Made by a program: the position numbers and the translations under genes
The notes under the pieces: model-generated
What the model saw: the letters and a program-made list of their open reading frames with translations, nothing else
What the model was told of the DNA's origin: nothing
The model's database searches: none
Assembly (NCBI GenBank): GCA_037969115.1
Contig: JBBKWQ010000396.1
Span: 5,422-69,421, forward strand
From: Ilumatobacteraceae bacterium
Lineage (GTDB): Bacteria > Actinomycetota > Acidimicrobiia > Acidimicrobiales > Ilumatobacteraceae
DNA: 64,000 nt
Direction of reading: 5' to 3'
Shown here: in pieces, positions 9,754 through 18,572 of the stretch
Position numbering within the stretch: the stretch's first letter is position 1
Layout: every line of letters starts with the position of its first letter

Positions 9754-10857
9754 ATGAGCGAAACAATCGTCCGGGAACCCGGGCCCGGGCCCGCGACCGA
9801 CGTAGCGGTCGGCATCCGCGGCATGACCAAGCGGTTCGGCGACGTGGTCGCCGTCGACAGCATCGACCTCGACATCGGCGATGGTGAGTTCTTCTCGTTG
9901 CTCGGGCCTTCCGGCTGCGGCAAGACGACCACCCTCCGGATGATCGCCGGCCTGGAGTTCCCGACCGAAGGCAGTCTCCAGATCTTCGGCCACGAGGTCG
10001 GCACGCTGCCACCCAACAAACGTCCCGTGAACACCGTATTCCAGAACTAAGCGCTCTTCCCACATCTCGACATCACCGCCAACGTCGGCTTCGGGTTGCG
10101 GATGCAGGGTGTCGCCAAGAACGAGATCAAGACTCGCGTCGGTGAAGCGTTGGAGATGGTCAAGCTCGGCCAGATGGGCAATCGAAAGCCGAATCAGCTC
10201 TCGGGTGGCCAGCAACAACGCATCGCTCTTGCACGAGCACTCGTGAATCGCCCGAAGGTCCTGCTGCTCGACGAACCACTCGGCGCGCTCGATCTGAAAC
10301 TGCGACACGAGATGCAGACCGAGCTCAAGAGCCTCCAACGCGAGCTCGGCGTCACGTTCGTGTTCGTCACACACGATCAGGAAGAAGCGCTCACCATGAG
10401 CGACCGGATCGGAATCATGGACGGTGGCCAGCTCCTGCAGGTCGACCCACCGGAGGCGATCTACGAGCGTCCGGTCAACCGGTTCGTGGCCGACTTCATC
10501 GGTCAGACGAACCTCCTCGAGGGCACCGTCGAGGACGCCACCACCGTGTGTCTCGCGAACGGCGCCAGGATCCCGTTGACCACCGAGCATCCGGCCGGCA
10601 CGAAGGTCGGGGTCATCCTGCGCCCCGAGCGCGCGGTCGTGTCACCCCCGGGCGAGGTCGTGCCGGGACGCACTTCGGTCGACGGAGTGATCCGCCACAT
10701 CACCTATCTCGGTAACGCCGTTGTGTACCGAGTGGGACTCGATTGGATGGAGATCGACGTCCGCATGGAGAACTTGCCGAGCAGCGAGCGATTCGAGGCG
10801 GGCGCCCAGATCACCGTTTCGTGGTTCGAGAGCGCAGTCGCAGCGGTGGCCCAGTGA
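9754..10857 (+). pseudogene. potA: Spermidine/putrescine-type ABC transporter ATP-binding protein interrupted by an in-frame TAA (10048-10050)
   Basis: ORFs 9484-10050 and 10096-10857 are in the same frame. Together they read ...GPSGCGKTT (Walker A)...[22 protein letters not shown]...[15 protein letters not shown]...[11 protein letters not shown]. The stop replaces the conserved Tyr of the QNYALFPH block. Confidence 0.8.
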
Positions 10858-10881
10858 TGAGGCCGTGACGAGGATGCGATC

Positions 10882-11790
10882 ATGACGGTCATCGACGTCG
10901 CTTCATCCGACGAATCCGTCGCCGAGGCGACCCCCGAGTTCGAACGGGCAGCTGAGAAGGCCGAGTCACGTCGGGGCTTCCTGATGGCGCTACCCGCGTA
11001 CGCGTACATGGTGCTCTTCTTCGCGGTCCCGCTCGTGATCGTGCTGGTCTACTCGTTCTCGACCCGCAACTCCTTCGGTGAAGCCGAACTTCGCAACTGG
11101 AACCTCGAGTCGTATCGCAAGCTCGCCGATCCGATCATTCGCGACATCGTGCTCCGGTCGCTCTGGCTGGCATTACTCACCACCGTCATCTGCCTGCTGG
11201 TTGCCTACCCGTTCTCGTACTACCTCGCGACGCGGACACCGCTCGTGCGCAACCTGCTGCTCGTGTTCGTGATGATTCCGTTCTGGTCGAACTTTCTCGT
11301 GCGCAACTTCGCATGGCGAGTCCTGCTCGGAACCGACGGACCCGTTTCGCGACTCACGGAGGCGGTCGGGCTCGGCGAGACACGCATCCTGTTCACGTCG
11401 ACGGCGGTCGTGCTCGGCTTGGTGTACGGCTTCTTGCCGTTCATGATCCTCCCGCTCTACGCGTCGATCGAGCGGATCGATCTGGGGCTCGTCGAGGCGA
11501 GCCGCGACCTGTATGCGTCGGGTTGGCAGACGTTCCGCAGTGTCCTGCTCCCACTGTCGATGCCCGGCGTGATCGCAGGCTCGATCCTGGTGTTCGTACC
11601 GAGCCTGGGGGCCTACGTCACCCCGGAGATTCTCGGCGGAGCGAAGACGACCCTGCTCGGGTCGTACATCGTCACGCAGTTCCTCACGGCGAGGAACTTC
11701 CCGGTCGGCGCCTCGTTGTCGTTCGCGCTGATGGTCGTGATGTTGACGGCGACGTTGGTGTACTTCCGCAAGGGCGGTCGAACGCTGTGA
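10882..11790 (+). CDS. potB: Polyamine-type ABC transporter permease (PotB-like)
   Basis: 302 aa and polytopic, with an EAA-loop-like LVEASRDLYASGWQTFRSVLLPLSMPG. It sits directly downstream of potA. Confidence 0.8.
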   Translation: MTVIDVASSDESVAEATPEFERAAEKAESRRGFLMALPAYAYMVLFFAVPLVIVLVYSFSTRNSFGEAELRNWNLESYRKLADPIIRDIVLRSLWLALLTTVICLLVAYPFSYYLATRTPLVRNLLLVFVMIPFWSNFLVRNFAWRVLLGTDGPVSRLTEAVGLGETRILFTSTAVVLGLVYGFLPFMILPLYASIERIDLGLVEASRDLYASGWQTFRSVLLPLSMPGVIAGSILVFVPSLGAYVTPEILGGAKTTLLGSYIVTQFLTARNFPVGASLSFALMVVMLTATLVYFRKGGRTL

Positions 11791-11825
11791 GCTCGTCAGA
11801 ACGCTCCACCGCTGCGCCCCGAGGG

Positions 11826-12701
11826 ATGACAAAGTGGCTGCTCGGTACGAACGCCGTGCTCGTCTACGTGTTCTTCTACGCGCCGATCGTGTTGCTGTTC
11901 GTGTTCTCCTTCAGCGCGAATCGCAACGTCGGCACGTGGGGCGGCGTGACACTCGATTGGTATCGGGAGTTGGGCGACAACCAGCCGATCCAAGACGCGA
12001 TCTGGATCTCGGTGAAGGTGGCGTTGGTGTCGACGCTGATCTCGGTCGTGCTCGGTACCACGGCGGCTTTGGCGCTCGAGCGTTTCAGGTTCCGCGGACA
12101 GCGTGTGTTCGACGCGTTGCTCTATCTGCCGATCATCATCCCCGATGTGACGATGGCTGCGATGATGCTGCTGTTCTTCTCGCAGTTCCTCGATCTGATC
12201 GACACGGTCTTCGGTGTCCAGATGGGCAAGGGTTTCGCGACGATCACGCTGAGCCACATAGCGTTCAGCATCAGTTTCGTCTCGGTGGTCGTTCGCGCAC
12301 GCCTCGCAGGGATGGACGAACGCCTCGAGGAGGCAGCGCTCGATCTCTACGCCACGCGATGGAAGACGTTTCGTCACGTCACGTTGCCGCTCATCGCGCC
12401 CGGCGTCGCCGGCGGCGCCCTGCTCGCACTCACACTCTCGCTCGACGATGTGGTCATCACACAGTTCGTGGCGGGCCCGGGCGCGACCACGTTGCCGGTC
12501 TACGTCTTCGGTTTGATCCGCCGTGGGGTCACGCCGCTCATCAACGCCGTGTCGGTGGTGATGCTTGCCGTGTCGATCGCTCTCGTATTGTTGTCGTTGG
12601 TCTTCCAGCGCGGGGACAGAGCAGCGGAGCCATACAGCCCGCTTGCCGACGGTGATGGCGACGATGTCGCCAACCCTGCAACCATTCCCGTCAGCAACTG
12701 A
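11826..12701 (+). CDS. potC: Polyamine-type ABC transporter permease (PotC-like)
   Basis: Starts MTKWLLGTNAVLVYVFFYAPIVLLFVFSF and has the EAA loop LEEAALDLYATRWKTFRHVTLPLIAPG. The ORF-track extension from 11313 overlaps potB in another frame. Confidence 0.8.
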   Translation: MTKWLLGTNAVLVYVFFYAPIVLLFVFSFSANRNVGTWGGVTLDWYRELGDNQPIQDAIWISVKVALVSTLISVVLGTTAALALERFRFRGQRVFDALLYLPIIIPDVTMAAMMLLFFSQFLDLIDTVFGVQMGKGFATITLSHIAFSISFVSVVVRARLAGMDERLEEAALDLYATRWKTFRHVTLPLIAPGVAGGALLALTLSLDDVVITQFVAGPGATTLPVYVFGLIRRGVTPLINAVSVVMLAVSIALVLLSLVFQRGDRAAEPYSPLADGDGDDVANPATIPVSN

Positions 12702-12752
12702 TTCAGCAGTGAACAACCGAGTGAGCCCGAACGGCTCGATGAAGGAGACAAG

Positions 12753-13877
12753 ATGAAACCCAACCCGACCCCTGCACGGCGCCGGATGCGCCTCGTGGCA
12801 GCGCCGATCGTACTCGCACTGGTTGCGACCGCTTGCGGCGGCAGCGACGACGAGGGCGCGTCGCAGGCCGAGTGCACGGTCGGGCAGGTCGACGGCGATC
12901 TCGCGCTGTTCAACTGGTCGGAGTACATCGATCCGGAACAACTCGACGCGTTCGCCGCCGAGTTCGACATCAGTGCAACCATGGACGTGTACGACTCGAA
13001 CGAAGCCATGCAGCAAACGATCGCGGCGGGCAACTCCGGCTACGACGTCATCGTGCCGTCCGACTACATGGTCGGCATCCTGATCGCGGGTGAGCGTATC
13101 CAGCCGCTCAACAAGGATGCGATTCCCAACATTGCGAACTTGTCGAGCGACTTCACGGGCCTCGACTACGACCCGGAAGGCACCCATTCGGTCCCGTATC
13201 AGTGGGGTACGACGGGCCTCGGCGTCGACACCGAGGTGGTGGGCACCGACTTCGAGCGTTCGTGGAGCCTGGTGTTCGACCCGGCCATCGGCGACCAGTT
13301 CTCTGGTCAGATCTCGCTGTTGAACGACCCGCGCGAGACGTTGGGCGCGGCGCTCAAGTACCTGGGTTACTCGTTGAACACCACCGACGACGCAGAACTG
13401 AACGAGGCTCGCGATCTGATTCGGGACACCAAGAACCGTTTGGCCGCATTCAACACCGACTCGGCCGACGAACTCCTCACCGAAGGTGAGACGGCGATCG
13501 GCCACGGGTACTCGGGCGACATGTTCACCCAGTTCACCGGCACCGACGATCCAGCCAGGTACGTGTACTTCGTGCCCGAAGAAGGCGGGACGCGCTGGAT
13601 CGACAACATGGCGATTCCGTTCGACGCGCCACACCCGTGCACCGCGCACACGTTCATCAACTGGCTGCTCGACGGCACGAACGGTGCCGACCTGTCGAAC
13701 TGGAACTACTACGGCACGCCGAACGAGGCCGCGAAAGCCGGCCTGGAGGACGAGTTGCTGGTCTTCCTCGACGATCCGAACGTGGTGGTCGGCGGTATCG
13801 ACAGCTTGGAACTCATCCGCGACACGGGCGACTTCGAGATCAAGTATTCCGACGCGTTCACCGAAGCCAAGGGCTGA
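12753..13877 (+). CDS. potD: Polyamine-binding lipoprotein (PotD/PotF family)
   Basis: Lipobox LVATAC, then FNWSEYIDPEQLDAFAAEFDI, typical of PotD/PotF. GAAGGAG RBS at 12741-12747. Confidence 0.85.
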   Translation: MKPNPTPARRRMRLVAAPIVLALVATACGGSDDEGASQAECTVGQVDGDLALFNWSEYIDPEQLDAFAAEFDISATMDVYDSNEAMQQTIAAGNSGYDVIVPSDYMVGILIAGERIQPLNKDAIPNIANLSSDFTGLDYDPEGTHSVPYQWGTTGLGVDTEVVGTDFERSWSLVFDPAIGDQFSGQISLLNDPRETLGAALKYLGYSLNTTDDAELNEARDLIRDTKNRLAAFNTDSADELLTEGETAIGHGYSGDMFTQFTGTDDPARYVYFVPEEGGTRWIDNMAIPFDAPHPCTAHTFINWLLDGTNGADLSNWNYYGTPNEAAKAGLEDELLVFLDDPNVVVGGIDSLELIRDTGDFEIKYSDAFTEAKG

Positions 13878-13904
13878 CTTCGGTTCGGCGCGGCGAACGA
13901 CGAC

Positions 13905-13944
13905 CGGCACCGGCCCGTAGCCACTCGGCTACGGGGCGGTGCCG
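13905..13944. terminator. GC-rich hairpin at the convergent potD / methyltransferase junction
   Basis: 13914-13922 (cccgtagcc) pairs perfectly with 13927-13935 (ggctacggg) around loop ACTC. After one G-G mismatch the stem extends with 13905-13912 pairing 13937-13944. There is no U-tract. It overlaps the last codons of the minus-strand gene. Confidence 0.45.
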
Positions 13945-14846
13945 TCCAGGCGGTACACGATCGATTTCAAGAACTCGGCATCTCCGGTCCGGTGAGCGGG
14001 CGCGACCACGTCGTCGAAACGGATGTGATCGGAACGACGTTTCGCCCTGAGTGGCAAGGTCATGCACGTCGTGAGCAATCGAGCCGCGATCGATTGTGCG
14101 ACTCGCTGATGACCGCCGGTGGTCATGGCGTGCTCGACGAGTGCTGCCGGGGGGGAGCCCTCGATCCGGTAGTCGATGCCCTCCTCCCATCGAAACTGCA
14201 CGATGCGGTGCTCGAAGCGTGAGTCGAGCAGGTCTGCCATCTCACCTTCGATGCCGGCTCTCTGGAGGTAGTCGTGGATGTCGCGATCGAAGTACGGGGC
14301 TGTCTTCGCCGTGAAGACCAGGGTCGAACCATCGAGGCGGACGAACCACAGGTGGCTCGGGAAGTCGAGGATCTTGGCGCTCGCAGCCTCGGGCACCTCG
14401 ATGTATCCGGCCCGAGAGACGCGGACCAGCTCGTCGATCACCGCGCCCGGATCGACGACGTGCTCGAGAACGTGGGAACAGATCGAGTAGTCGAATGCGC
14501 CGGTTGCGAAGGGCATCGACGCAGCATCGGCATCGAAGAGCGGTCGTGAGATCCGTGCCGCTCGGCGGCCGGAGCGCTGCCCGGCATGTTCGGCATCGAT
14601 GAAGCGATCGAGTAGCACGTCGGCTCGCCAATGGGGTTTGTCACCGCTGCCCACGTCGAGTACCAGGGAGTCGGGTCCGGCAGGGATGTCGATCCGACGC
14701 CGATGGAACAGCCGGAGCGACTCGATGACCTGCACCCAGGCAGTATCGCAGCTGTCCCTGTCTCTCGGGTGTGGAGGTGGCAGGATGGCCGCCGTGAGCG
14801 AGCGGACGGTGGTTGCGGCGTTCGATGTCGACGGCACGCTGACCAC
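13929..14846 (-). CDS. Class I SAM-dependent methyltransferase (Methyltransf_11-like)
   Basis: Motif I VLDVGSGDKP and post-I/II region FDYSICSHVLEHVVDP. The start is uncertain: GTG 14846 overlaps the divergent HAD gene, and GTG 14732 (VQVIESL...) is an alternative. Confidence 0.75.
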   Translation of the reverse strand: MVSVPSTSNAATTVRSLTAAILPPPHPRDRDSCDTAWVQVIESLRLFHRRRIDIPAGPDSLVLDVGSGDKPHWRADVLLDRFIDAEHAGQRSGRRAARISRPLFDADAASMPFATGAFDYSICSHVLEHVVDPGAVIDELVRVSRAGYIEVPEAASAKILDFPSHLWFVRLDGSTLVFTAKTAPYFDRDIHDYLQRAGIEGEMADLLDSRFEHRIVQFRWEEGIDYRIEGSPPAALVEHAMTTGGHQRVAQSIAARLLTTCMTLPLRAKRRSDHIRFDDVVAPAHRTGDAEFLKSIVYRLDGTAP

Positions 14847-15432
14847 CCGAGACTGTGTGGTTCCGTTCCTCGTGACGGTCTCATCGCTCCGTTCGCTGTG
14901 TCTCGGGATGTTGCGTCACCCGATAGCGGTTGCTCAAGCGATCGTGCGGCGTGACCGCGACCGGCTCAAGGCACTCGCCACGTCGGCGGCCTTGCGGGGC
15001 CGGCCCTCGGCCGATGTGCAGCGGTTCGCCGACGACTTCGGCCGCAACGCTGCAACCGATTGGCTTCGCACCGATACGGCAGCTCGGCTCGAGTGGCATC
15101 TGGCGCAGGGCCACACCGTGGTACTCGTGTCGGCGTCGTACGCCGTCTACCTCGACGCCTTCGGACGTGAACTCGGCGTTCACGGCGTGATCGCGACACG
15201 GATCGACGTCGATCCCGACGGTCGCTGCACGGGAAACCTCGACGGTCCGAACTGTCGAGGCGCTGAGAAGTGGATCCGGTTGTCGACGTGGCTCCGCGAC
15301 CAGGGGATCGACCGGGAGCAGGCCGAGATCTGGGCGTACGGCGATTCGAACGGTGACCGGGAAATGCTCGGCAAGGCCGATCATCCGGTGTGGGTCGGAC
15401 ATCGGCGCTCGGTGGTCAGTGCGACGCCGTGA
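14785..15432 (+). CDS. HAD-IB family phosphatase
   Basis: Motif I AAFDVDGTLT, motif II VLVSAS and motif IV YGDSNGDREML. ATG 14785 was chosen because the ORF-track N-extension is low-complexity. Confidence 0.8.
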   Translation: MAAVSERTVVAAFDVDGTLTTRDCVVPFLVTVSSLRSLCLGMLRHPIAVAQAIVRRDRDRLKALATSAALRGRPSADVQRFADDFGRNAATDWLRTDTAARLEWHLAQGHTVVLVSASYAVYLDAFGRELGVHGVIATRIDVDPDGRCTGNLDGPNCRGAEKWIRLSTWLRDQGIDREQAEIWAYGDSNGDREMLGKADHPVWVGHRRSVVSATP

Positions 15433-15526
15433 CCGGTGCAGGTCCCGATTCCATCGGGCCCTCCGCCGGTTCGAGGCGTCGACTGAGTAGCGTTGTCCAG
15501 TCCTCGGACTGAGGCAGCACCGTCCC

Positions 15527-16399
15527 ATGATTTCCTCGTTCCTCCGCGCAGCTCGGCCCAAACAGTGGCTCAAGAACATTCTCGTCTTCGCCGCGCCTGG
15601 CGCCGCCGCCGTGCTCGACGACCCGACGGAGTTGTCACGAGCACTGCTTGCTTTCGTCGCGTTCTGTCTCGCAGCGAGTGGCACCTACTATTGGAACGAC
15701 CTCTTCGACATCGACGCCGATCGTGCCCACCCGAAGAAGTCGAAGCGACCCATCGCGGCCGGTGAGATCGGGATCGGCGCTGCTCGCGTCGTGGGCACCG
15801 CGCTCTTGTTCGCCTCGATCGGCGTCATGGCACTGACCGAGCGGTGGCAGGCCGTGCTCGTGATCTCCACGTACATCGCCGTCACGCTGTCGTACACGAT
15901 CGTCCTCAAGCACATTGCGGTCGTCGACCTGATTGCCGTCGCCTCGGGCTTCGTGCTGCGCGCCGCCGGGGGTGCGACGGCGGCGGCGGTCGAGATGTCG
16001 AGTTGGTTCGTGTTGTGCACCACGTTCGGGTCGCTGTTCATCGTCGCCGGCAAACGGTACGCGGAGATCCGAGAACTCGGCGACGGGGCGCGTCACACTC
16101 GCTCCACGATGCACGAGTACAGCACCGACTATCTGCGGGTGGTGCTCACCATCGCCTGTGGCGGCGCAGTCGTGAGTTACTGCGTCTGGGCGTTCGAGCG
16201 CCGTGACATGTCGGGGAGCGAGTGGCCGTTCTACGAGCTGTCGATCGTGCCGATGCTCACCGCCCTCCTTCGATACGCACTCGTGCTCGACTCGGGCGAC
16301 GGCGCTGCCCCTGAGGATGTCTTCGCCAGCGACCGCGTGCTTCAGGTGCTCGGTCTGATCTGGATCGTGGTGTTCGGAATGGCAGTGTACACAGCATGA
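15527..16399 (+). CDS. ubiA: Decaprenyl-phosphate 5-phosphoribosyltransferase-like UbiA-family enzyme (Rv3806c type)
   Basis: RPKQWLKNILVFAAP..., Asp-rich motif NDLFDIDADRAHPKKSKRPIAAGEI (about 15695-15721) and a 290-aa polytopic profile. It is colinear with what I recall of M. tuberculosis Rv3806c. Confidence 0.85.
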   Translation: MISSFLRAARPKQWLKNILVFAAPGAAAVLDDPTELSRALLAFVAFCLAASGTYYWNDLFDIDADRAHPKKSKRPIAAGEIGIGAARVVGTALLFASIGVMALTERWQAVLVISTYIAVTLSYTIVLKHIAVVDLIAVASGFVLRAAGGATAAAVEMSSWFVLCTTFGSLFIVAGKRYAEIRELGDGARHTRSTMHEYSTDYLRVVLTIACGGAVVSYCVWAFERRDMSGSEWPFYELSIVPMLTALLRYALVLDSGDGAAPEDVFASDRVLQVLGLIWIVVFGMAVYTA

Positions 16400-17142
16400 A
16401 CGGACAGCCTGAGTACGCGGCGCTCTCGGAGCGCGTGGCGGCGATCGACGGGTGGATGTCGTCGGACCAAGGCGAACGTCTCTTCGACGCGGCGCGACGG
16501 TGTCGAACCGATGGGCAGATCGTCGAGATCGGAAGTTTCCGCGGGAAGTCGACCGTCGTTCTGGCGTCGGCCGCTCCCGAGCGCGTCACCGTCGTCGCGA
16601 TCGATCCTCATGCCGGCAATGACCGAGGTCCGCAAGAGATCGACGGATTCGAGCAGGCTGCCGCCACCGACTACGAGGCCTTCGTCTCCAATCTCGCCAG
16701 TTTCGCGGTCGCCGATCGAGTCCGTCACTTGCGGTGCTTCTCCGACGTGGCACATGACGAGGTCGCCGGTGACATCGATGTGCTCTACATCGACGGCGCC
16801 CACCGCTACGGACCCGCTCGCCAGGACATCGACGAATGGGGTGCACGGGTGGCCGATGGCGGCACGATGCTCATCCACGATTCGTTCTCGTCGATCGGCG
16901 TCACGATGGCGATCGGACGTTCGCTGATGCTCGGTCGGCGGTTCCGATACGTCGGCCGCTCCCGGTCGCTCGCCGAGTACCGGGCCGAACTCGGTGGCCG
17001 CGGGCGGGTTGCGAACGCCGCCCGACAACTCGCGCAGCTGCCGTGGTTCGTGCGCAACGTCGCGTTGAAGGTGCTGCTGTCGATCGGGCTCGGCAAGGCG
17101 ATGCACCGCCTCGGACGGAACGCCCCCGAATGGCCCTACTGA
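16396..17142 (+). CDS. Class I SAM-dependent methyltransferase (Methyltransf_24 / CmcI-like sugar O-methyltransferase type)
   Basis: IVEIGSFRGKSTVVLA (SAM motif I) and IDVLYIDGAHRYG...GGTMLIHD. ATGA overlap with ubiA at 16396-16399. The end overlaps the dprE1 start. Confidence 0.8.
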   Translation: MNGQPEYAALSERVAAIDGWMSSDQGERLFDAARRCRTDGQIVEIGSFRGKSTVVLASAAPERVTVVAIDPHAGNDRGPQEIDGFEQAAATDYEAFVSNLASFAVADRVRHLRCFSDVAHDEVAGDIDVLYIDGAHRYGPARQDIDEWGARVADGGTMLIHDSFSSIGVTMAIGRSLMLGRRFRYVGRSRSLAEYRAELGGRGRVANAARQLAQLPWFVRNVALKVLLSIGLGKAMHRLGRNAPEWPY

Positions 17143-18521
17143 GTTCCGTCGGCCAGGTAGCGTCCGCATCGATGGAGATCGGCCGATCGCAACAACTCAC
17201 GGGTTGGGGACAGACCTCGCCGACCCGGGCCCAGGTGTATGACCTCCACGTCGCCGATCTCCCCAAGCTGATCAGCCGTGCCGGGCATCGTGGCGTGATC
17301 TCGCGTGGTCTGGGTCGTTCGTACGGCGATCCGGCACAGAATGCCGGTGGTTCGGTGGTACGGCTCGTTCCCGGGCTCGAACCGGCCGAACTCGACGAAT
17401 CCACGGGCATCGTCAGTTGTCACGCCGGTGTGAGCATCGACGATCTGCTCGCGTTCCTCGTGCCGCGTGGTCGGTTCGTCCCGGTCACGCCCGGGACCCG
17501 CTTCGTCACCGTCGGCGGGGCGATCGCGAGCGACGTGCACGGCAAGAACCATCACGTCGACGGCTCGTGGGGACACGCGCTGCTATCGATGCGCCTGCTC
17601 ATGGCCGGCGGCGACATACGCGACGTCACCGCGGAGTCCGATCCGGGGCTGTGGTGGGCCACCATCGGGGGTATGGGTCTCACCGGCATCATCGTCGAGG
17701 CGACATTCGGGTCGATCGCGATCACGTCGAGTCGCTGCGTGGTCGACACCGACCGCGCGACCAACCTCGACGAGATGATGAGTCTGATGGAGTCGGGCGA
17801 TGCGCGCTACCGGTACTCGGTCGCCTGGATCGACCTGCTCGCGACGGGTGGGTCGCTCGGTCGCGGCGTGCTGACCAGCGGCGATCACGCCACGGCTGAT
17901 GTCGCCGGCGCCTCCGGTTCGCTCGAGCGGTATGCCAACCGGCGTCTCGCTGTCGTGCCGCCTGGTATGCCGAACGTACTCGTCCCAGCCACGGTGCGGG
18001 CGTTCAACGAGATGTGGTTCCGGAAGTCGCCGACCCATCGCGAGGGCGAGATCCAGTCGATCGGGCGGTTCTTCCACCCGCTCGACGGCGTTCGCGGTTG
18101 GAACCGGCTCTACGGACGGCCCGGCTTCCTCCAGCTCCAGTTCGTCCTGCCGTTCGGTGAGGAAGAGGCGTTGCGTTCGATCGTCGAGCGCGTCGCCGCG
18201 TCCGGCCATGCCAGCTTCTTGGCCGTCCTGAAACGATTCGGCGCCGGCAACGAAGCCATGCTGAGCTTTCCGAAGCCGGGCTGGACGCTCACGCTCGACC
18301 TGCCGGCCGGCCGCGACGTGCTGGGCCGTCTGCTCCACGAACTCGACGACACGATCCTGACCGCCGGCGGGCGTCACTACTTGGCCAAGGACGCGCACAT
18401 GTCGTCCGATGCGATGCGACAGGGATATCCACGACTCGAGGAGTGGCAGGAGCAGCGGCACAAGGCAGATCCGGACGGCGTCTGGGTGAGCGACCTGGCC
18501 CGGCGGCTCGACCTCGTCTGA
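17130..18521 (+). CDS. dprE1: Decaprenylphosphoryl-beta-D-ribose 2'-oxidase (FAD)
   Basis: QLTGWGQTSP, RGLGRSYGDPAQN, VTVGGAIASDVHGKNHH, GFLQLQFVLP and SFPKPGWTLTLDLP are colinear with M. tuberculosis DprE1 as I recall it. The start is ATG 17130 (463 aa) or ATG 17172 (449 aa). Confidence 0.9.
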   Translation: MALLSSVGQVASASMEIGRSQQLTGWGQTSPTRAQVYDLHVADLPKLISRAGHRGVISRGLGRSYGDPAQNAGGSVVRLVPGLEPAELDESTGIVSCHAGVSIDDLLAFLVPRGRFVPVTPGTRFVTVGGAIASDVHGKNHHVDGSWGHALLSMRLLMAGGDIRDVTAESDPGLWWATIGGMGLTGIIVEATFGSIAITSSRCVVDTDRATNLDEMMSLMESGDARYRYSVAWIDLLATGGSLGRGVLTSGDHATADVAGASGSLERYANRRLAVVPPGMPNVLVPATVRAFNEMWFRKSPTHREGEIQSIGRFFHPLDGVRGWNRLYGRPGFLQLQFVLPFGEEEALRSIVERVAASGHASFLAVLKRFGAGNEAMLSFPKPGWTLTLDLPAGRDVLGRLLHELDDTILTAGGRHYLAKDAHMSSDAMRQGYPRLEEWQEQRHKADPDGVWVSDLARRLDLV

Positions 18522-18572
18522 GGGAGCGTCGTCTTCGGGTTCGAGATGCACGAATGAAACGAGATGTGAGAG

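Noticed and set aside
10048-10050. Programmed recoding (selenocysteine/pyrrolysine/readthrough) at the potA stop
   Set aside because: The codon is TAA, not TGA or TAG. The expected residue is a plain conserved Tyr, and I see no recoding element.
10096-10857. Second half of potA as an independent gene (TTG start)
   Set aside because: It would lack Walker A and the Q-loop context. It is in frame with the upstream half, and the junction is a single stop inside a conserved block, so I treat the pair as one disrupted gene.
11796-13910. 704-aa ORF antisense to potC/potD
   Set aside because: Arg/Asp/His-rich with no recognisable domain. The plus-strand genes have clear permease and PotD signatures plus an RBS.
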